Source: Neocallimastix sp. 'constans' (lineage: Eukaryota). Taken from it: a stretch of DNA of 64,000 bases. A program made the position numbers and the translations under genes. Positions 14,070 through 28,625 of this stretch are shown piece after piece. The notes below the pieces were generated by a model. That model did not search any database. It was not told where the DNA came from and was given only the letters and a program-made list of their open reading frames with translations. Position 1 is the stretch's first letter. Each line of letters begins with the position of its first letter. The DNA is taken from the NCBI GenBank assembly GCA_050613775.1, contig JBODTK010000014.1:1116001-1180000 (forward strand). The letters run 5' to 3'.

Positions 14070-14320
14070 AATAGTATATTTAAAAAAAATTTCAATAGAC
14101 ATAATATATTAATAGTATAAGATAATATAAATTTTTTTTATAAAAAAAATTTCAATAGACATAATATATTAATAGTATAAGATAATATAAATTTTTTTTA
14201 TAAAAAAAATTTCAATAGACATAATATATTAATAGTATAAAATAATATATACAAAAAAATTTTAAAAAAAAAAATTTCAAAAGACATAAAATATTGATAG
14301 TATAAAATAATATATATATA
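14070..14320. repeat. 60-bp tandem repeat (~4 copies) in the Gypsy leader
   Basis: Unit AAAAAAAATTTCAATAGACATAATATATTAATAGTATAAGATAATATAAATTTTTTTTAT; lines 14101 and 14161 are identical. Confidence 0.9.
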
Positions 14321-14570
14321 TAAATTAGATCCTATTAGATATATTTTATAGATAATATAGAACAAAAAAAAATTTCAATAGAATATATAAACAATATAAA
14401 ATAATATATTGAATAATAATAATAGGGAGAAAATAATAAATAATAATTCCAATATATCAAATAAATAATATATAAATAAATAAAAATAAATTTTATATAT
14501 TTTATATCTACTTTAATTGTTTTTACTTTCATATAATATAACTATAATATTTTAGACAATTTCAAAGAAT

Positions 14571-17340
14571 ATGGAATTCAATAAAGAAAAAACGAAACCC
14601 AATGAAGTTGACTCGGCAAGAATTATAAACGCTCTCACAGAATATATTCCAACCTTCTTCTCTCCGGACGGTGTTTTATCAAACAATAAAACTTCAAATG
14701 CTAAATTTGACCTGTGAGAAGTATTAGAACAATGCGAGATATTTTTTATCGAGCATCCTAGTTCCTTCCCATCCGATGAGTTTGAAGAAAATTTTGTAAT
14801 TAGTAAACTTAGTGGACTACCAAAGAAATGGTCACTTTCTCTGAAGGCTGACGGTACACTCAGAACTCTAACTTATGAAGACTTTAAACAAATGTTAGTG
14901 GACAATTTTGGAGATATAAGAGAACAGAAATACGTTCTCATTGAAAAATTAATTAATCTTAAACAAGTTCATTTGGGTAAAGCAGCATTTTTCACTATTG
15001 AATTTAGAAGACTGTCAAATCGTATCGGGTGGCCAGATGACGTGAACATTGACCTGATAAGAAGAGGCTTAGTAGAAGAGGTGCGTAAAAAATTTGACAA
15101 GTTGGAGAAACCTAAATATTTATTTGAGGCTACCAATATCATTATTGAAATCGACAAGAAATGTTTCATAGAACAAGAATTGAAAATTAAAGAACAAAAG
15201 AAAAATACTATTTCGAAAATGTTTAGAAGGAAGCAATATGAACTTAACAAGTCTTCATTAAAAAATAATCATAAGAATAAATTTAAAAAACATCACGGCA
15301 AAGAATTATTGTCAGCAAACTATACTCCAAGTTTAAATAACTCTATGACGACCACTTTCCTCATAATTGTAAACGGAAAAAAGATTAAACTTTGCTTTAA
15401 TTGACTCAGGATCTGCAAGGAGTTATCTTTGTAATGATTTCGTTCAGGCTCATAGAATTCCAAAAGTAAACCTCCCTACACCTATGAGTATACAACTTCC
15501 AAACCAAAAAGGAATAATAGTTAAACAAACAACTAAAAAACTAGAATTAATATTCATGGATCATAAGGAACTCTACGAATTTTTTATTGCAAATCTACAG
15601 TTAAATGGAATAGCCTTAATATTAGGAAGAGATTGGCTAAATCTTCACCAACCATACATCAATTCCAGAACGAATAAAATATATTTCCTCAAGGATCGTT
15701 GTCTTTCTCACTGTCCATCCTTAAAAGGAAATAAATTTATTTTCCATAACAAAAACACTACCGCAACAATTATTACCGATACAGCAGTAAATGATCAAAT
15801 TATTCCTAGTTCCCTATCCGAGGACGAACTTTATGATTTCGACGTTTGTGCTGCAATTCCCGATTCACCTGAAAATGTTAAACAACAAATAATTAATGAA
15901 TACTATCAAGACCTGTTAATAGTTTTCGAAAAGAAGGAAGCAGATAAGCTTCCACCTCATCGTGAGTATGACATATCCATTGACTTGATTCCAGGAGGCC
16001 AGTTATACTACGGTCCTATATATTCCCTAACAGTCGTAGAAATGCAAGCATTAAGGGCTTCATAAGAAAATCAATCAAAGTCACCTGCTGGAGCCCCAAT
16101 TTTATTTGTCATAAAACATGATGGAACTTTGAGGCTCTGCGTAAATTATAGGAGGTTGAATTTCATTATCATCCGAAACAGTTATCCTATCCCAAGACTT
16201 TCAGATCTTATGGAATCGTTCAAGGGAGCAAAAATTTTTACCCGTTTAGACCTAAGCTCAGCGTACAACTTGGTTCGTGTTAAGGAAGGACACGAATACC
16301 TTACTGCTTTTAGGACTCCAATTGGCCATTTTGAGTATTTGGTCATACCTTTTGGACTCCGTAACGCCCCTTCCGTTTTCCAAAGATTTATCTAGGACGT
16401 TTTGGTCGATTGCATAGGTTTCTATGTTCAAGTATACTTAGACGATATAATTATTTAATCCTCCTCTACCGATGTACATGTGAAACATGTCCGTATTGTC
16501 TTAAAATTACTAATTGACAATGGTCTCTATGTTAAATTGGAGAAGTGTGACTTTCATGTTAAGGAAACAAAATTTTTGGGTTTCATAGTATCCATCGAAG
16601 GTCTAACTATGGATAAAGGTAAACTCAAATCTATTATCGACTGGCCCGCTCCAAAGAACGTTAAGGAACTTCAGAGCTTCCTAGGACTCTGCAACTTCTA
16701 TCGCAAATTCATTAAAAATTTCTCTACAATTATTGAACCTCTTCGAACCCTCTTGAAGAAGAACACTGACTTTATTTGGGACGTTATGGTAGACAATGCC
16801 TTCAATGAATTAAAGAATGCTTTCTCTGGTAACGAAGTACTCATCTACCCGGATCCTGAAAAGGAATTCGTAGTGGAAACCGATGCCAGCGATTATGCTG
16901 TTGGATGCATCCTTTCCCAAGTTTTTTATAAAGATAGTCAACTTCACCCAATCACATTCTACTCCAGATCACTTTCTACTGCAGAAGCAAACTACACAAT
17001 TTATGATAAAGAGCTTCTCGCAATTATCGTAGCTTTCGATGTCTAGAGGCACCATTTAGAAGGTGCTACATTCCCTGTACAAGTTATAATTGATCATAAA
17101 AACCTCCTTTACTTCAAGAAACCTCAAAACCTTAACCAACGCCAAATCAGATGGAGCTTATTTTTATCGAAGTTTACTTTCAGAATTTCATACAGAGCTG
17201 GTAATAAAAGTGGTAAACCTGACTCACTGTCAAAAAGACCAGATTACATAACAAAAGAAAGAAATAATACTACAGTTAACCCTATTCTTAATGAAGACAT
17301 CTTCTGCTGTACTACAAATGATAACTCACAACTCAACCCA
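14571..17340 (+). pseudogene. gag-pol: Gypsy gag-pol (gag, PR, RT, RNase H), disrupted
   Basis: FTIEFRRLS gag; [73 protein letters not shown]. Confidence 0.92.
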
Positions 17341-17860
17341 TTTTGCATAAATAATTATTTTATTAATTATTTTATTAATTATTAATAATATCTTCTTGAA
17401 TATTCTTTCTGTATAAACTATAGAAAGTTAAAGATTCTTTCTGTTCGTAATTTAACCGAAATGAATTTAGAAATTCTTATTATATAAATTATTTTATTAT
17501 TTTTCGATAAGATTCATTTTCATCAATTAAAATCTATATTCTAGAAACTTTACATTATTAATTATTACAAACATGTTTCTAAATATTTCTTTAAAATTAT
17601 TTTTACATGTTAAAACTGTTTTTCCGTTAATAGTATAAATAGTGCGAACTTCACAAATGAAAATATTTTTCTTCGTGCTTTTATTAATAATAATTAACGT
17701 ATAAGTAATTCAAAATATTACCTTGTTGATTAATATTAATAATTACTTTAAATTTTATAATTAATAAAAAATATTTAATAAAACGAATTATTTATACAGA
17801 TAGTGTAAACCTATTTAGTTTCCTCCTTTCCATGTTTCTACACCTCGTCCCGCCGTTACA
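17341..17860. repeat. Probable partial LTR ending CCGTTACA
   Basis: Terminus matches the CGTTACA ends of other LTRs in the window (22008, 47150, 13003); no partner LTR found. Confidence 0.35.
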
Positions 17861-18471
17861 AATAATATAAAATTGGTCAAATCACACAATAAATAAATAA
17901 ATCACTTTTAATATAAACAAATATCATAATAAAAATTTAAAATATTTTTATAAACAACTCACCAATAGTTAGATTTTTAATATAAACTAACAATAAACAT
18001 AAAATATAAACATGACAATCAAATAACTATTTTTAATAATTAAAATCAACAAATGATCAATACTATAACAAAGAAAATATTAATAAAATAATAACAACAA
18101 TATAATTTTGTTAATATTAATTTATTTATAATATATTGATCATGTTTAATATAAATAAAATATACAGATGTCATCTGATTAATCACTTCATATATAAATA
18201 AAATTTTTCTTAAAGTTCCAATTATAAATATTAATTTAATAAACCATCAACCAAACAAAATATTGAGATAAATCATGTTTCTAAAAATAATTACCAATAA
18301 TTTTTTTAAAGCAAAATTAATATATTATATGAATTCAAATAGTACTTTTAGAAATATAAATAAAGTCAAAATTTTTTTTTTTCTTTCGAAATTATTTAAA
18401 GAAAGTAATAAAATAATTAATAAACAACTATAATTCATAATAACAATTTTTTTTTTTGGAATTAAACTAAC

Positions 18472-21400
18472 ATGAGCAGAAATAACTTAAGAAGTAATAC
18501 TAGAAATAGTATCAATTCTACCCAAGACCAAATAATAAACATCAGTGAATATGAACCCACACAAAAGGGGTTCACTTTTAACTACAGTGAAAACTTTAAC
18601 CATATTACGGGATTGACAACAGATAACTTTGTTAACTGGAAAACAAATATCCTCTATCTCCTTAGTATTAACAACCTTGATGACTACATAAGTCATGAAA
18701 AAGTGAAAAAGATAAGAAGGAGAGATATAACAGAAAGCATTGAAAAATATACAATTGATAAATTCGATGATTCGCTCGTGTACGAAATCGGAACAAGCGA
18801 AAAAGATATTAAAAATGATATATTAGTAAAATGGATCATAACAAATAATCTTGGTGAGAACACCAAGAAAATATTGGAAAGTCAAAGCAAAACGGCTTTC
18901 CAATTATGGGAACTACTCAACAAGTCTTTTACTATAGGACCAGAACAAAGAAAAATGGTCCTAAAAGACAAAATCAATAAATTGAAATATAATTTAGAAG
19001 ATGATGTCCATATTTTCTTAGCTTTCTTACAAAATCTCCTGGATAAATTGGAAAGAATAGACTCCGACATTAATGACAATATTAAGGTCGGTATTTTGAA
19101 TCGAGCTCTCCCTGAAAACATTAGATTTATTAATGTTTTCCAATACAATAATAATTGGACAAAATGCTGCGACTATGTCAAAAGGATAATACCAAATATT
19201 GTTTGCTCCAATATCAGGGAAACAACTTTAATCGAACAAAACCCGAAGAATATATTTAGTTTAGAAAATAGACGAAAAATCTATAAACCAAAAAAAATAA
19301 AATACAAGAATAGAGGAAATGGAAAATGCTGTCTTTGTGGAAAGTTCGGACACTACCGAAAAGACTGCTTAAAAAATAAATTCAATAAAAACAAAAGAAA
19401 CAACAAACAACATAAAAGAAAAAGTAATACAAAAAAATTCAACAAAGAAAAATCAAGAGAAGGTCATGCATATCTATTAAACGATAAAAAGGATTATAAT
19501 AAAAACTACCAAGAAGATTTCTCAAGAGATTATAACTCAGACAACTGTTTTGAATTAAACAATTTAGAGATCAACAAGCCAACAAAAATTGATATAAGAA
19601 GCAACAATAATAATATTACACAATGGATTTTGGATTCCGGTGCCTCAATTAATGTAACAAATAATATTAATATATTATCAAACATCAGAAAAGAAAAAAT
19701 AAAAATATCTCTTGCCAATGGAAAGGAAACATATGTCAACTACATTGTACATTGGTGATTTCAACGCATATATAAACAATCATAAATTTATTTTAAAGAA
19801 CGTTCATTATTCTAAATTTATCAATAAAAATTTAATATCAATCAATCAATAAATAACACAAAATTATAAATTGTTTTCAATAACTATAAAAACTCACAAA
19901 TCGTAATCATCTATGATGACAAAGGTAATAGAATATATCAATCAGCAGCAGACAATAAAAATATATTTAAAATATATTTATCAAAAACACTATCCGTTTT
20001 TCATAAGAACAATAATTTCGAAAATTTAAATGAAATTAATTCAACATATATAAATAATCAACAAGATTTTGATCTTTGGCATAGACGTCTGGGTCATTTC
20101 GACATTACTAAAATAATAGATAATTTAAAATATACCAATACAAATCACAAATGTCAAATATGTTCCAATTCAAAATTAAGGAACAAACCTTTCAAAAGAT
20201 CAATTAATAAAACAAAACACACTTTCATACATCTCGATTTAGTGGGCCCCGTATTGCCATCCTTAAATAAAAATATATACTTCCTCACAATCCTGGACGA
20301 CTTTTCCAGATATGGCTGGGTCTTATTCCTACAACATAAAAATGAAACATTCAATAAATTTATTATTTGGTACTAAGAAGTTTTAAACACATTCAGCATT
20401 AAAATCAAAAACATTCGATCAGAAAATGGAAAGGAATTTTTTAATAATAATTTCAAAATATTCTGTCAAAATAATGGTATAATATCAATACACTATACCA
20501 TATAATCCAGCCCAAAACGGGAAAGCGGAACGATTCAACGGCATACTTATATCTTCCGCAAAAGCTCTACTAAATGAATCAAAACTTTCTCATAATTTTT
20601 GGGAATTTGTTGTCGATACAGTAAATTATATTCACAATCGTTTACCCCATCAGGGTATTAACAATAAAATACCATTTGAGATTCTATATAATAAACCTGT
20701 TGATTACAGCATATTTAGAGTTTTTGGATGCAGAGTATTTTTCTTTATACCAAAAGAACTACGATCCAAATTCGATAATAATTCACACCCTGGAATTTTC
20801 TTAGGATATTGCAATAACCCATCATCTTATAAAATCCTTGATTTAACCAACAATAAAATCGCGCTATCTCTAATTGTCCAATTTTTTGAAAACGATCCTG
20901 GAAATTCAGTCTTACTAAACTATAATTCCAATATCGAATTCAGGGTGAATGATTACTCAGTCAAAAATTTTTCAAACAATAATTATAATAATTATAATTA
21001 TCAAAAATACAACAATCACATAATATTAACGATTCACAATATAATAGCAATTTTTTAAGAAATAAAAATAAACATAAAACTTATAAAAAACAAAAACAAA
21101 ATAAAAATGATAATCCAGAAAATAATAATAATTAAGAAAATGACAACATTACTTCAAATAATATCAACATCAATAATGAAAGCAACATTAACAATACTAG
21201 TAATAATATTTTCAATAATAACAATAAAAATAACACTAATAATCAAAGTGATATCAATGATTCATCAATCAATAATAATAATAAATTAAACATCAATAAT
21301 ATTTGCAACACTAATAAAAGGAACTATAGAAATAATGAATTTAATAACAATAATATTACCAATAATCTTATTAAAAATTATGATAATATATCTAATAAAA

Positions 21401-23612
21401 TTACAACTGAAGAATCTAATATGGAAAGTACAATTAATTACGTAAATAAATTAAACAATACTAACAATAAAATTGAAATATCCCATTATCAACACAATAC
21501 AACAAACAATAATATAAATAAAAGAAACATTAATTATTGTAACGATATCAGCGTCGTTATATCTTGGTTATGGTTACTCAATGGTACCTACCTTGCCTTA
21601 CATACTAAATGTCACTGGTTTGAATCTTATCTTTTACCTTTTGGAATAAAATATTTATTTAGTTATTAATTCTTTTATTCATTTAAATATAATAATAATA
21701 TTTATTTAAATAATTATCATGTATTCATTTAATTCTAAACCAATCATGTTTTTTAATTATAAACTTTCTGAATATAAAAATCATGTATCATTATTTTATT
21801 TTGACTCTTTGAGTCGATATTAACAAAGTAAAGTAGCTTAAAATTAATATTAAATAAAAAATAATATAAAACCATAATTATGAAAATATTAAATAATAAG
21901 ATAATTTAGTGTAATAATAAATAATAAAATCTCACATTTAGTAGTTTGTTTATTAGTTAACACACTACAATGACCTAGTGAGATAAAAAAAATAACAAAA
22001 TCGTTACAATTATGAAGCAAAAGAATCAAACAAAATAATAAAATATAGTGATAAGAATATATCAAAATTAAATGAAGAAAACAATATATACAGAGAACCA
22101 TATAACTTTAAAGATATATTTAACCTTAAAGATAAAGAGCAATGGATGCAAGCCGTAAATGAAGAATTAAAAAATATGGAAAAGCTAAATGTTTTTCAGA
22201 TTGTAAATTCAGTTCCAGAAGGATCTAGCGTTATATCATCGCGTTGGGTATTTAAATATAAAAGAGACTCAAACGGTAATATAATAAAAAGAAAAGCAAG
22301 ATTAGTTGCGAAAGGTTATACGCAGCAGTATGGAATTGATTTCAAGGAAACGTTTGCTCCAACTTTAAAACAAGATACAATAAGGATTATCACAGCAATA
22401 GCTGTTCAGCATAATTTTAATATCGAACAAATAGATATTAACTCTGCATACCTTTGCAGATTTAAAAGAAGATATATATATGAAATCTCCCGAAGGTCAT
22501 CATTCATTCAATAAATGTTTTTGGAAGCTTAAAAAAGCCCTTTATGGCTTAAAGCAAGCTGGAAAAGAATGGAACGAAAAATTGAATAATGAGCTTCTTA
22601 AATTAAATTTTAGAAGAGTTAAGAGTGAACCTTGCGTTTATATTAAGACAGATAGGAATAATAAAATAATATGCATTTTGTCGGTATACGTAGATGATAT
22701 ATTAATTGCCGGAACAGATCATGAAATCAAAATTGTAAAAGATTCAATAAAAAGAAAATTTAATATTAAAGATGTAAGTAATGTAGAATTCGTTATAGGA
22801 ATTAAATTTTATAAGATCAGAAATGGTTATATTTTACATCAAATAAGATATATTAAGGATATATTATTCAAATATGAAATTAATAAACTTACACCATCGA
22901 AAAATTTAATACCAGTAGAAAATAATAAATTGAAATGCATAAAATTAATGAAACGAAATACCGAAGTGCCATTGAGAACCTATTGCATCTTGCTATCTGT
23001 ACCCGACCTGATATTCTATTTGCTGTGAGCAGAGAAGTAAGAAAATCCAATAACCCTAACTTAGAGGATTGGAATAATGTTCTTAAAATATTCAGATACT
23101 TAATGTACACAAAAAACTATGATATTAAAATTGAAAAAAGTATTAACCTTAAGGTTTATGTCGACGCAGATTTCGCTGGAGACTCAACCACAAGAAAATC
23201 TACTTCAGGATTCCTGGTGATGATGGGAAGAACGCCAACCAGTTGGTTCTCGAAATTGAAACATTGCGTTTCTACCTCAACGGTCGAAGCTGAGTATTAT
23301 AGTTTGAGCGAATGCGCAAAGCATTCATTATGGTATAAGAATTTATTAAATGAACTTGAAATAAAAATTAATAATGTTAAAATTTTCGTCGACAATAAAG
23401 CAGCAATATATAATAGTGAGAATCAGTCAATTAATCCCAAGTCAAAACACATTGATATTCGGTATCATCATATTAGAGACCTTGTCAATAAAAGATTAAT
23501 CAAATTGAATTACATAAACACTAAAGAAAATTTATCAGACGGATTCACGAAATACTTAAACAATACTTTAATGGATAAATTTAGAAGTTTCTTTCTTACT
23601 AAAATTGAATAA
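18472..23612 (+). pseudogene. gag-pol: Copia D gag-pol (same family as A), disrupted and interrupted by a solo LTR
   Basis: SENFNHITGLTTDNFVNWK gag; CCLCGKFGHYRKDC; WILDSGAS; KARLVAKGY; YVDD; KHIDIRYH. No 5' LTR recognised. Confidence 0.92.
21538..22008. mobile_element. Solo LTR (471 bp) inserted in the IN-RT linker of Copia D
   Basis: TGTAACGAT...ATCGTTACA termini; TSD ATTAT at 21533-21537 and 22009-22013; inverted homolog at 47711-48113. Confidence 0.92.
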
Positions 23613-23740
23613 TATAGTGTAAAATGCGCCATCATTTTTTTTAAGAAAGCTCTCCTAATCAAATTAAAAGTAGTATAATTTTTCAAAATCTACCTTCATT
23701 TTTTTTTTCTACATCAAGTTTTTTTTTGAAGCTAGATTTC

Positions 23741-23875
23741 AGGGTGAATGTTAAAAATATATTTTAATATAAAATTTAATCTATGATTATCCAATATTTT
23801 ACAAATACATAAATACTCGAAATACTATAAAACGTGCTTAAGTTATAATTCTAAATTTTTTTTTCACTTTTAACA
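23741..23875 (+). repeat. PPT and 3' LTR of Copia D (end tentative)
   Basis: AGGGTGAA, then TGTTAAAA at 23749; possible end TTTTAACA at 23875. Confidence 0.55.
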
Positions 23876-24099
23876 ATAATAAAAAACCTTAATATATATA
23901 CGCTCATACATACTTAGTTATATATATTTAAAATAATAAATATTAATATATAATAAAGGAATATAAAACATCTTTACTTAAACATAATTATAATATTATC
24001 TTAATATTATGTGTCTCTTAATTGTGTGTTTATTTACAATTTTAATAGATGTGATTATTATTAAATAAATAAAATAGATATGATGAAGTTAACAAATCA

Positions 24100-24260
24100 A
24101 TAAAAGTATCTAATCTTAACAAATTGATATTTAGGAAAAAATTAGTAGAAAAACCTGAATAAATTCGATTAATTCTAATATATTAATAATCGTATTAATT
24201 AATAAAAACCCAATCAAAATAATATTGGGAAAAAAACTTAATCGATTTTACTAAAATTTT
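24100..24260 (-). repeat. Fragment of the Gypsy C-type LTR
   Basis: CTAATCTTAACAAA..TTAGGAAAA..ATTAGTAGAAAAACCTG is the inverted homolog of 13500-13620. Confidence 0.65.
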
Positions 24261-24939
24261 ATATATTATCAATTAATTAAAATAATAAAATATAAATAAT
24301 ATTTTCAAGTAATTATTACATTACAACAAATTTGTTTACATTATTTTCTCATATATATTAATTGAATAAATTAATATATTTTTTACAAATTAACAAATAT
24401 TGAAATATAAATAAAATATAAATTAATTAAATAAGATAGATTATTTTATATGAAATAAATCTTTATTCTTACAATATTTAAAAAATAATATTATTTATTA
24501 ATAAATAATTAATATTTCATAGTCTTTATAATTAATGATAATAATTATAAATTTATTTAAATTATAACTATTGCATACACATTGAAATATTTTTAAATTA
24601 TTAAAATATAATTTTTATATATTTAATTAATATTAGAAAATTTATTTAAATAATTATTATATATACATTTATTAATATTAATGATTTATTTAATTATTCA
24701 TTTAATTATTAATTTAATGTAAAATATTACTTTTATTTATTTTTTACATTGTATATTTAAAGAATTATAAATAAGTTTTTTCATTTTTTATAATTCTATA
24801 TTTTAGTTTAAATATAGTTTTATGTTAATAAGCTTAGATTAGATTTTAAAAATGATATTTAGAAAATTAGATTAATTTAGATCATTTCGGTTACTTTTTA
24901 TTTTTCCTTTTATTTGATGATCTAAATTAAAATATAGAA

Positions 24940-25320
24940 AATCAGTATTTTGAAGTTTTATCCAAATATTATAATATATTTGGTTTTATTTAATATATAC
25001 GATGATCGATATGAATAGAATATCGTTCAAAAAACTTATCTAGTTTTTTTTTCTAATCTTTTTCTAGATAAGATATTTGTTAAGATTAGAAAACATTTTT
25101 ATTTAACCTTATTTTCATAAAAAATATAAATAAAGCTCTTAATTTCGCGATAAGAAATCAAGAGTTATTATTATAAAAACATAGTTATGATTTAATAATA
25201 TATATTTAACTTTAATAAAATAATAAAAGAATTTTTTTTAAAGCATATTTTACGAATAAATTCAAAACGAAACATTTCTTAACTCATGTATAACATTATT
25301 ATTTCATAATAAACTCAATA
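24940..25320 (+). repeat. Fragment of the Gypsy C-type LTR
   Basis: Shares CTAATCTTTT..TAAGATTAGAAAA, AATCAAGAGTTATTATTATAA and ATAATAAACTC with 13500-13920. Confidence 0.7.
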
Positions 25321-25384
25321 AAGGTAAAATTTTATTTTATTTTATTTTATTTTCTAAACTTAATGAATTAGTCATTAAGTTGAA

Positions 25385-26085
25385 TGTTAAGATTTTTATT
25401 TAATTTATGTTTTAAATTTAAATAAAATAATACGTTTTATTAGAAATATTTACTAAGTCGATATGTCTATATAGTGATCTACTATATAGATATATAATAA
25501 TAATAAATATATTTAAATAATTTAGTTTAATAAAAATTTATTTACAATTGACTTCAATAATTAAAGTTATTTTATTAATTTGATTTTAAATCTATTTATT
25601 TTATTTAATAATAAAATATCTATAATATATTACTATTAAGGTAATTTTACAATAACCTTACAAAGAACATAAAAAATAGATTTTTACATCTTTCTTTTAT
25701 ACTTTGTAAGTAACATAATTGTATTTAATTATAAGATATTAATAATATAGTAATATAAATATTAATAAAGTATAAAGATAAATTTAATATATAATTAATT
25801 TGAATAATCGAAATTAATATAGATATAAACATATATAAAAGCATAATATAAATAAAATACACGTGACGTCAAATGTAAATTGAATTAATTATTAATATAA
25901 ACCTTATTTATTAATATTTTCAGAATTATTAGGTCTAAGATAATCATTTAAATATTAAATAAGAATTTATATTAATTATTAATTATATAATTATATATAT
26001 TATTTATAATTAAATAAATAATATTTTTAATTATTGAAATGTAAATAACTGAAATTGAGATTTCAATTCAGTTATAATTTCAACA
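25385..26085 (-). mobile_element. Solo LTR (701 bp), same family as 37240-37939
   Basis: TGTTAAG...TTTCAACA; TSD TTGAA at 25380-25384 and 26086-26090; near-colinear with 37240-37939. Confidence 0.92.
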
Positions 26086-26870
26086 TTGAAATTAATAATA
26101 GAGGAATTTGCAGCCGAATCTAACCAGCTCATAGTTAATAAAAATTTAACAAATATACTGAATCATTTAATTGTCGAACATAAAAATGAGGATAATGTAG
26201 TCTACACCTTTCTAGATATATCTACCGGTGCATCTAAACAAGTAATTAACATTACTGATTCCTTCATTACGACTGAAGATTACGGTGATATGGATAAGGT
26301 TTCCTTCCTAAACTTATGTGCTTGGCAATTTAGCTAAAGCAATAATGATGAAATTGCCAAAGAAGTTAGTAAAAATTCAACGGATTTAATAAACTTAATT
26401 AGGAAACTTTCGGCCCACAGTGAAGTAAATAATTTATATAACGCTTATCAAATGTCTTTAATGAAATTCCAACAACAATCTATAGTGAAAGCTTCTAACA
26501 AGAAATTCACGGAAGACATACAGCTAATTGAAAATCAAAAAATAGAATTAAACAATAATGTTCGCGTCGTTGGTCAAGCTGCTGTAAATGCTTTAGAAAA
26601 AACGGAAGTGGTTGAACAAAAGTTACTTAAAGAAACTCATACAAGAGAAAAGAATCAAAAAAGCAATATCCTCCCTGCACATACTTTAATAAGGCTCGTT
26701 ACCTGTTAAAAATAATCTTCTACACTAAATTGGGAACAAGAAAAAAGCCTAGCTTTAAATTAGCTAAATTAGTTAAACTCCAAGCGGTAACCCTCAAATT
26801 AATATAATACTACCAGGTTTCTCGGCTGACACCTCCCCCATGGAATTTCAGGTAGAACAAGCTAAAAAAT
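26086..26870 (+). pseudogene. Degenerate ORF, probably the N-terminal part of a retroelement gag; its start is interrupted by the solo LTR
   Basis: ORFs 26086 and 26452 are in one frame separated by one stop. The frame continues LNELVIK|LKLIIEE across the TSD. No diagnostic motif. Confidence 0.4.
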
Positions 26871-26879
26871 TAAAAATTT

Positions 26880-27945
26880 TTTTTTAGAGAAATTAAAATC
26901 AATTTCGTTAAGTTTTTCTGTTTCATTTAATATGTTTTATCAATCGAAATTGCATCATCTTCTATTTCAATATTTTCATTGTTATTTTTTGTAATAGAAT
27001 CAATTTTATTACTTTAATTATATTACTTTATTTCTTCTTTTGTATTTTCCATATGGTTCTTCAATTAATAAATTTGGTTTTTTTCTAAAAGCGATAGCTA
27101 CAATTTCTTCTTTGGTTTGATTAGTTGGAGTTTCCCTTCTCTCTTTTAGAAGTTTAAATGATTGTTAGAACTACTTTGATTTTGATTTTCCAATTAAGCA
27201 AGTTATTTGAAAGAATATGGACAATGTTTGAAGTAACGGCCTTGTTGTCCACAACGATATCATAATCTGATTTTTGAGTGATAATTTACTTTCTATTCTG
27301 ATTAGTTTCATTATTCGTAAATTCATTATCAAGTCTTGCATCATTGAAATCTGGCCTAATATTCACTTGATTATTATTTTGGTCATATTCTTTTTGATTA
27401 TAAATTTTTTTTGTTATTGGCAACCTTTGAATTACTAAAACCATGCTGGAATTCATTAAATTCATTAAAATTTTGATAATTTGGATGATTCCTTTTATTG
27501 TAAGAACTGTATAATTGTTTTTCTATTATAATTTTGATTGTAATTTTGGTTATAACTTTGATAATTGATTATAAATCGGTGAATTAAATTGAAAGAATGA
27601 ACACTATTTCTGTAATAAAATGGTTGGGAATTAAAAACTTTAGTCATTACGGCTTCATTAGTAGTATATCCAACATCTTCGGCTCTTTCTGTCAATTCAG
27701 CTTTTTCAAATGCATCTTCTAAGTCTATCGTTAGGTTATAACTTGAGATCTAGAGTAAGGTCGATAGATTATTGAATCCGCTCAGTCTTCAACAGTAATA
27801 AACGTCTGATATATTTTTGGTAGATTATTATAAATTTTCTTATATCTCCAATTAAAGTTCTTTATACTTTCTCCTCTTCTAAATTTCATTCTTTGCAAAC
27901 TTTTACATTTTTCTTGGAGTGTTATTTCCAATTCTTTTTCCATCA
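26880..27945 (-). pseudogene. gag: Gypsy gag remnant
   Basis: Degenerate Zn knuckle (*YRCGQQGRYFKHCP, ~27220-27265); LEDAFEKAELTERAE. Confidence 0.6.
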
Positions 27946-28625
27946 CTACGGAGAAGTGTCGTAGGGAGTATAATTATACTACTCCGGGACGGAAAACCGC
28001 ACTTACAAAATCGACGAAAAACCTTAATAAATTGGAATCGCCCTAATTTATTATTAATTAATTTTCTTACGGTTTAAGCACTGTACATGAACTATTATTT
28101 TTTGTTATTCTCAAAGTTAAAAATAATAAATTTATATTAAATCACTATTAATTACTAAAATTACTATTTTTTTAATCTAATTTTATTAAAATTTTATTTT
28201 GTCTACTTATTTTTTATCTTTTTTTTTTTTTTTACTTTTAATTAAATTAAAATTTATATTATTTTCTAATTAATTAATACTTTTATTCTATCAATTAAAA
28301 AAAAAATTTTTTTATTTCTAAACTTCATTAATAAAATTTTCTTGAATTATTATTTTCATATTATTTTATTTCTTCAAGTCCTGCATAGCTCGCCAAATTT
28401 TTATGGTATAGTATTGAAGATATTTTATAATAAAATATTATATTCTAATAACTAAAAGAAAAATTTTAAATACTATTATTCTAAGTTAAAAATCTAAATA
28501 TTAAATAATTTAAACTAAACAAAATAAATAAAATAGCTAATAATAAAATTTAACCTAATCTAAATAATTTAATTAATCAACTATAATTATTAACTCTAAA
28601 TATTAACACTAAAATCTTAAACACT

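Larger units (their letters stand above)
13004..17340 (+). mobile_element. Ty3/Gypsy element C (Tf/sushi-like), 3' truncated before integrase; LTR start uncertain
   Basis: LTR ends ...ATTATTACA at 14018, then a self-complementary PBS, a leader with tandem repeats, and gag-PR-RT-RH. Confidence 0.85.

Noticed and set aside
15390..15420. Programmed gag-pol frameshift in Gypsy C
   Set aside because: The homolog at 45490-46200 reads gag into protease in one frame, so this is more likely decay.
16393..17046. RIP-like hypermutation inferred from CAG/TGG-to-TAG stops
   Set aside because: Stop codons are inherently biased to these changes, and the LTR-pair differences seen include transversions and indels. 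A family alignment would be needed.
21421..21669. 82-aa ORF as a gene
   Set aside because: It is a chimeric read-through from the Copia linker into the inserted solo LTR.
26086..26098. Self-complementary PBS after the 25385-26085 LTR
   Set aside because: TTGAA is the TSD. The LTR is a solo insertion, and the sister copy shows the opposite orientation.
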